The translations under genes and the position numbers were made by a program. A DNA stretch of 61,925 bases, counting the filler, from Coriobacteriales bacterium (GTDB lineage: Bacteria; Actinomycetota; Coriobacteriia; Coriobacteriales; UBA8131): NCBI GenBank assembly GCA_031263105.1. It is 5 parts of 5 records of this genome, joined end to end, with 100 filler letters (N's around TTAATTAATTAA, not from the genome) between each part and the next. Parts side by side here need not be neighbours in the genome. Positions count along the whole stretch, not along the records: positions 59,097 to 61,925 come from JAISGJ010000239.1; 4 more parts are not named here. One strand, given 5' to 3'. Positions 59,629 through 61,925 of the stretch are shown piece after piece. Each line of letters opens with the position of its first letter. The stretch's first letter is position 1. The notes under the pieces were generated by a model. It was not told the origin of the DNA, searched no databases, and was given only the letters and a program-made list of their open reading frames with translations.

Positions 59629-61127
59629 GTTCCCTCGGCGTCTGCCTGCCGGGCGGCATCGGTCCCTGCCTGTTTGGCGGCATCGGCCCCTGCCGGGCGG
59701 GAGGCCTCGGCCCCGCCTCGTTCGTCAGGCGCGGAAGGGCGCCCGGGCCCTGCCTGCTCGGCGGCGGGACGACCGGCGGGCCCCTCGGGCGCAGAGGCGC
59801 CCTCGGCCCTCACCTGTTTGGCGGCGTGCTCCCTCTCCTCGCGTTCGAGCACCTGCCGCATGGAGGCGATGGCGACCTCGAGCATCCCGTCGTCGGGCTG
59901 GTTCGTGGTCAGCCGCTGCATCTGCAGGCCCGGCCAGAGGACGAACTGCACCAGCGGGCTCTCGGGGTGGGCGCCCGCCCATTTGACCGTGACCTCGTAG
60001 GACAGGCCTGCTATGACGGGCAAAAGGACGATGCGCGAGCAGATGACGAGCACAAGGCGCAGCGCCCCGTTCGTCACGCCCAGCGCGTCGATGAGCGGCC
60101 CTATCGGCACAACGGTGAACACGAGTATCGCAATGAGCATCGTCGTGAGCAGGAACGCCGTGCCGCAGCGGACGTGCAGCGTGGGGAAGCGTCGCGCGTT
60201 CTCGACGGTGAGGTCGAGGCCGTGCTCGTAGCAGTGGATGGTCTTGTGCTCGGCCCCGTGGTAGCCGAACATGCGCTTGATGTCCTTCATGCGACCGATG
60301 AGCCAGATATAGAACACGAAGACGGCGATGCGCAGGACGCCGTCGACGATGTTCCACAGCAGGGTCTTCTCGCCGTAGTCGCCGATTATCAGGTTGGTGA
60401 CAAGGGCGGGCAGGACGACGAACAGGCCGACCCCGAGCAGGACGCCGAGTATCATGGTGGCGGTCATGACCGGCTTGGGGATGGCGTCGGCGGCCTGGGG
60501 CTGGGGCGGGGCAGGGGCCTGGGGCGGGAGCTGGGACGCCGGCGGCGGCCCGGGGGGCGCGGCGGCGGCGGGCGGCGGCTGGGGCGCCGGCTGCGAACCC
60601 GACGGCCCGGGGGGCGCATCGGCCTCCGGCTGCGGCTGCTCGGGGGGCGTGCTGCCGACATCCTCCCCCTCCTCCTCGTCGAAGCCGAAGGCGTGTTGGG
60701 AGGCGATCTCGAGGGCGCGGTAGCCGAGGGCAAGGGACTCGACAAGGGCGGTGCATCCCCGGACGACGGGCCTGTGCAGCCAGCGGTTCTTCGCCTTGCC
60801 GCTCGCAAGGTCGTGCTCCTCCACGTAGAGCAGGCCGCTCGGCTCGCGCACCGCGACGGCCCAGTTGTACGTGCCGCGCATCATGACGCCCTCGATGAGC
60901 GCCTGGCCCCCCACATGCGTCTGGCAGACGACCCCCTCGGTGTCCTTGGCGCGCGCCCACTCGCTCCGCGCACGTACAGGGGCCTTGAGGACGGCCTCGC
61001 CCGCAGGGTCGGTCGAGACGCCGGGCACCGGGAAACGAGACGCGGGGTCGGTCGAGACGCCGGGGCCTGCGAGACGGACTGCGGCCTCGGTCGAGGCGAC
61101 GTCGCTCTGCCCGGCCGCCCCGCTCAT
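59625..61127 (-). CDS. DUF1385 (YqhQ-like) membrane protein, putative metal-dependent enzyme
   Basis: VGGQALIEGVMMR, YHGAEHKTIHCYE, H.RCGT.F, PGLQMQRLTT; ATGA overlap with thyX. Confidence 0.9.
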   Translation of the reverse strand: MSGAAGQSDVASTEAAVRLAGPGVSTDPASRFPVPGVSTDPAGEAVLKAPVRARSEWARAKDTEGVVCQTHVGGQALIEGVMMRGTYNWAVAVREPSGLLYVEEHDLASGKAKNRWLHRPVVRGCTALVESLALGYRALEIASQHAFGFDEEEGEDVGSTPPEQPQPEADAPPGPSGSQPAPQPPPAAAAPPGPPPASQLPPQAPAPPQPQAADAIPKPVMTATMILGVLLGVGLFVVLPALVTNLIIGDYGEKTLLWNIVDGVLRIAVFVFYIWLIGRMKDIKRMFGYHGAEHKTIHCYEHGLDLTVENARRFPTLHVRCGTAFLLTTMLIAILVFTVVPIGPLIDALGVTNGALRLVLVICSRIVLLPVIAGLSYEVTVKWAGAHPESPLVQFVLWPGLQMQRLTTNQPDDGMLEVAIASMRQVLEREEREHAAKQVRAEGASAPEGPAGRPAAEQAGPGRPSAPDERGGAEASRPAGADAAKQAGTDAARQADAEGT

Positions 61128-61804
61128 GGGCGGACGACCCGTTCGAAGGGGTCTCCGCAGGTCATCTTCCCCTCCGCGCAGGGCCCGCGACGGCACACCG
61201 CGCCTGCGTCCAGGAAGAGGTAGGGAGCGGTCGGTGCCGCCAGTTCGAGCATGCGGTGGGCAAGCTCCTGTATCTCCCATTGTGCGCGATGGCAGCAGCG
61301 CACCTCGAAGAAGTGCAGGAGCTCGCGGATGTTCATGGTGACGACGATCTTGGTGACGCAGGCGTTGGGAAGCACGTAACGCGCATCCTCGGCGGGAATC
61401 CCCGCCTCTATGAGCTGCGTGTAGGTCGCATAGGCGACGTCGATCGCGGTGTTGAAGGCCGAGAGCGCCTCCGCGTCGTCGGCGACGGTCTGCGGGAGGA
61501 CGACCTCGGGGTCGTCGGAGAAGGTCACGTAGCGCTGGCTCTGCTGGTTGTAGCTCGCCAGGCGGTGGCGCACGAGCTGGTGGGTGAGCGCACGGCTGAC
61601 GCCGTCCACCGCAAAGGTGTAGCTCGCGTGCTCGAGGGCGGAGAAATGCCCGCTCTTCATGATGGTCGCAAGCACCTTGCCTGCCCGCTCGTCGCTCATG
61701 CCCTCCATGAGCTCGGCGGCACCGAGGGGCGCATAGCACAGGCGTGCCGCAGTGGCGACGGCACGCTCGGGGTTCGGGGTATGGTAGAGAAGGCTGACCT
61801 GCAT
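61124..61804 (-). CDS. thyX: FAD-dependent thymidylate synthase
   Basis: GHFSALEH, RHRLASYNQQSQRY (RHRX7S), EDARYVLP, AQWEI. Confidence 0.96.
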   Translation of the reverse strand: MQVSLLYHTPNPERAVATAARLCYAPLGAAELMEGMSDERAGKVLATIMKSGHFSALEHASYTFAVDGVSRALTHQLVRHRLASYNQQSQRYVTFSDDPEVVLPQTVADDAEALSAFNTAIDVAYATYTQLIEAGIPAEDARYVLPNACVTKIVVTMNIRELLHFFEVRCCHRAQWEIQELAHRMLELAAPTAPYLFLDAGAVCRRGPCAEGKMTCGDPFERVVRP

Positions 61805-61811
61805 GACAGGG

Positions 61812-61925
61812 CTATTCGGCAGGAGCGGGGGCGTCCTCGGCGGGGGCGGCGGGCTCGGGGGCGGGGGCGGCATCGGCGTCGGCGGCGGGGGCGACAGCGT
61901 GCGCGGGCTCGGCGGCCGCTGCGGC
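61812..61925 (-). CDS. 3' end of an upstream gene with an Ala/Pro/Asp-rich tail (possibly the L31 C-terminal extension, by synteny)
   Basis: Open frame [37 protein letters not shown] running to the window edge. Confidence 0.5.
   Translation of the reverse strand, partial: AAAAAEPAHAVAPAADADAAPAPEPAAPAEDAPAPAE

Overview
High-GC actinobacterial DNA, most consistent with Coriobacteriia (Eggerthellaceae-like). The placement rests on mIHF, the actinobacterial beta' insertion, a Tat-lipoprotein molybdoenzyme, and a Bacillus-like disA-ispDF-cysES-rlmB-NYN cluster. The window is five contigs joined by four artificial 100-nt N/TTAATTAATTAA spacers, so adjacency across these spacers means nothing. Most of it is housekeeping: the S10/spc operon with secY-adk-map, rpoBC, rny, comEA-comEC-holA-rpsT, mIHF-gmk-rpoZ-thiI, tgt-queH, Asp23-DAK2-recG-rsmD-coaD and thyX. 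The most notable items are: (1) RpoC carries a C-terminal alphaCTD-like helix-hairpin-helix domain with the DNA-contacting residues apparently conserved; (2) a promoter-driven structured RNA with overlapping stem and terminator sits upstream of rny, and rny is followed by a stand-alone MutL-like GHKL ATPase; (3) a DMSO-reductase-family operon has an MsrQ-like membrane partner and a heme-c sensor two-component system, and the two upstream regions share a candidate operator; (4) a MITE family is present in five copies, four with direct repeats of 8 bp or more; (5) several truncated mobile-element ends and pseudogene remnants lie at contig breaks. All family calls come from motif recognition by eye; no database searches were run.
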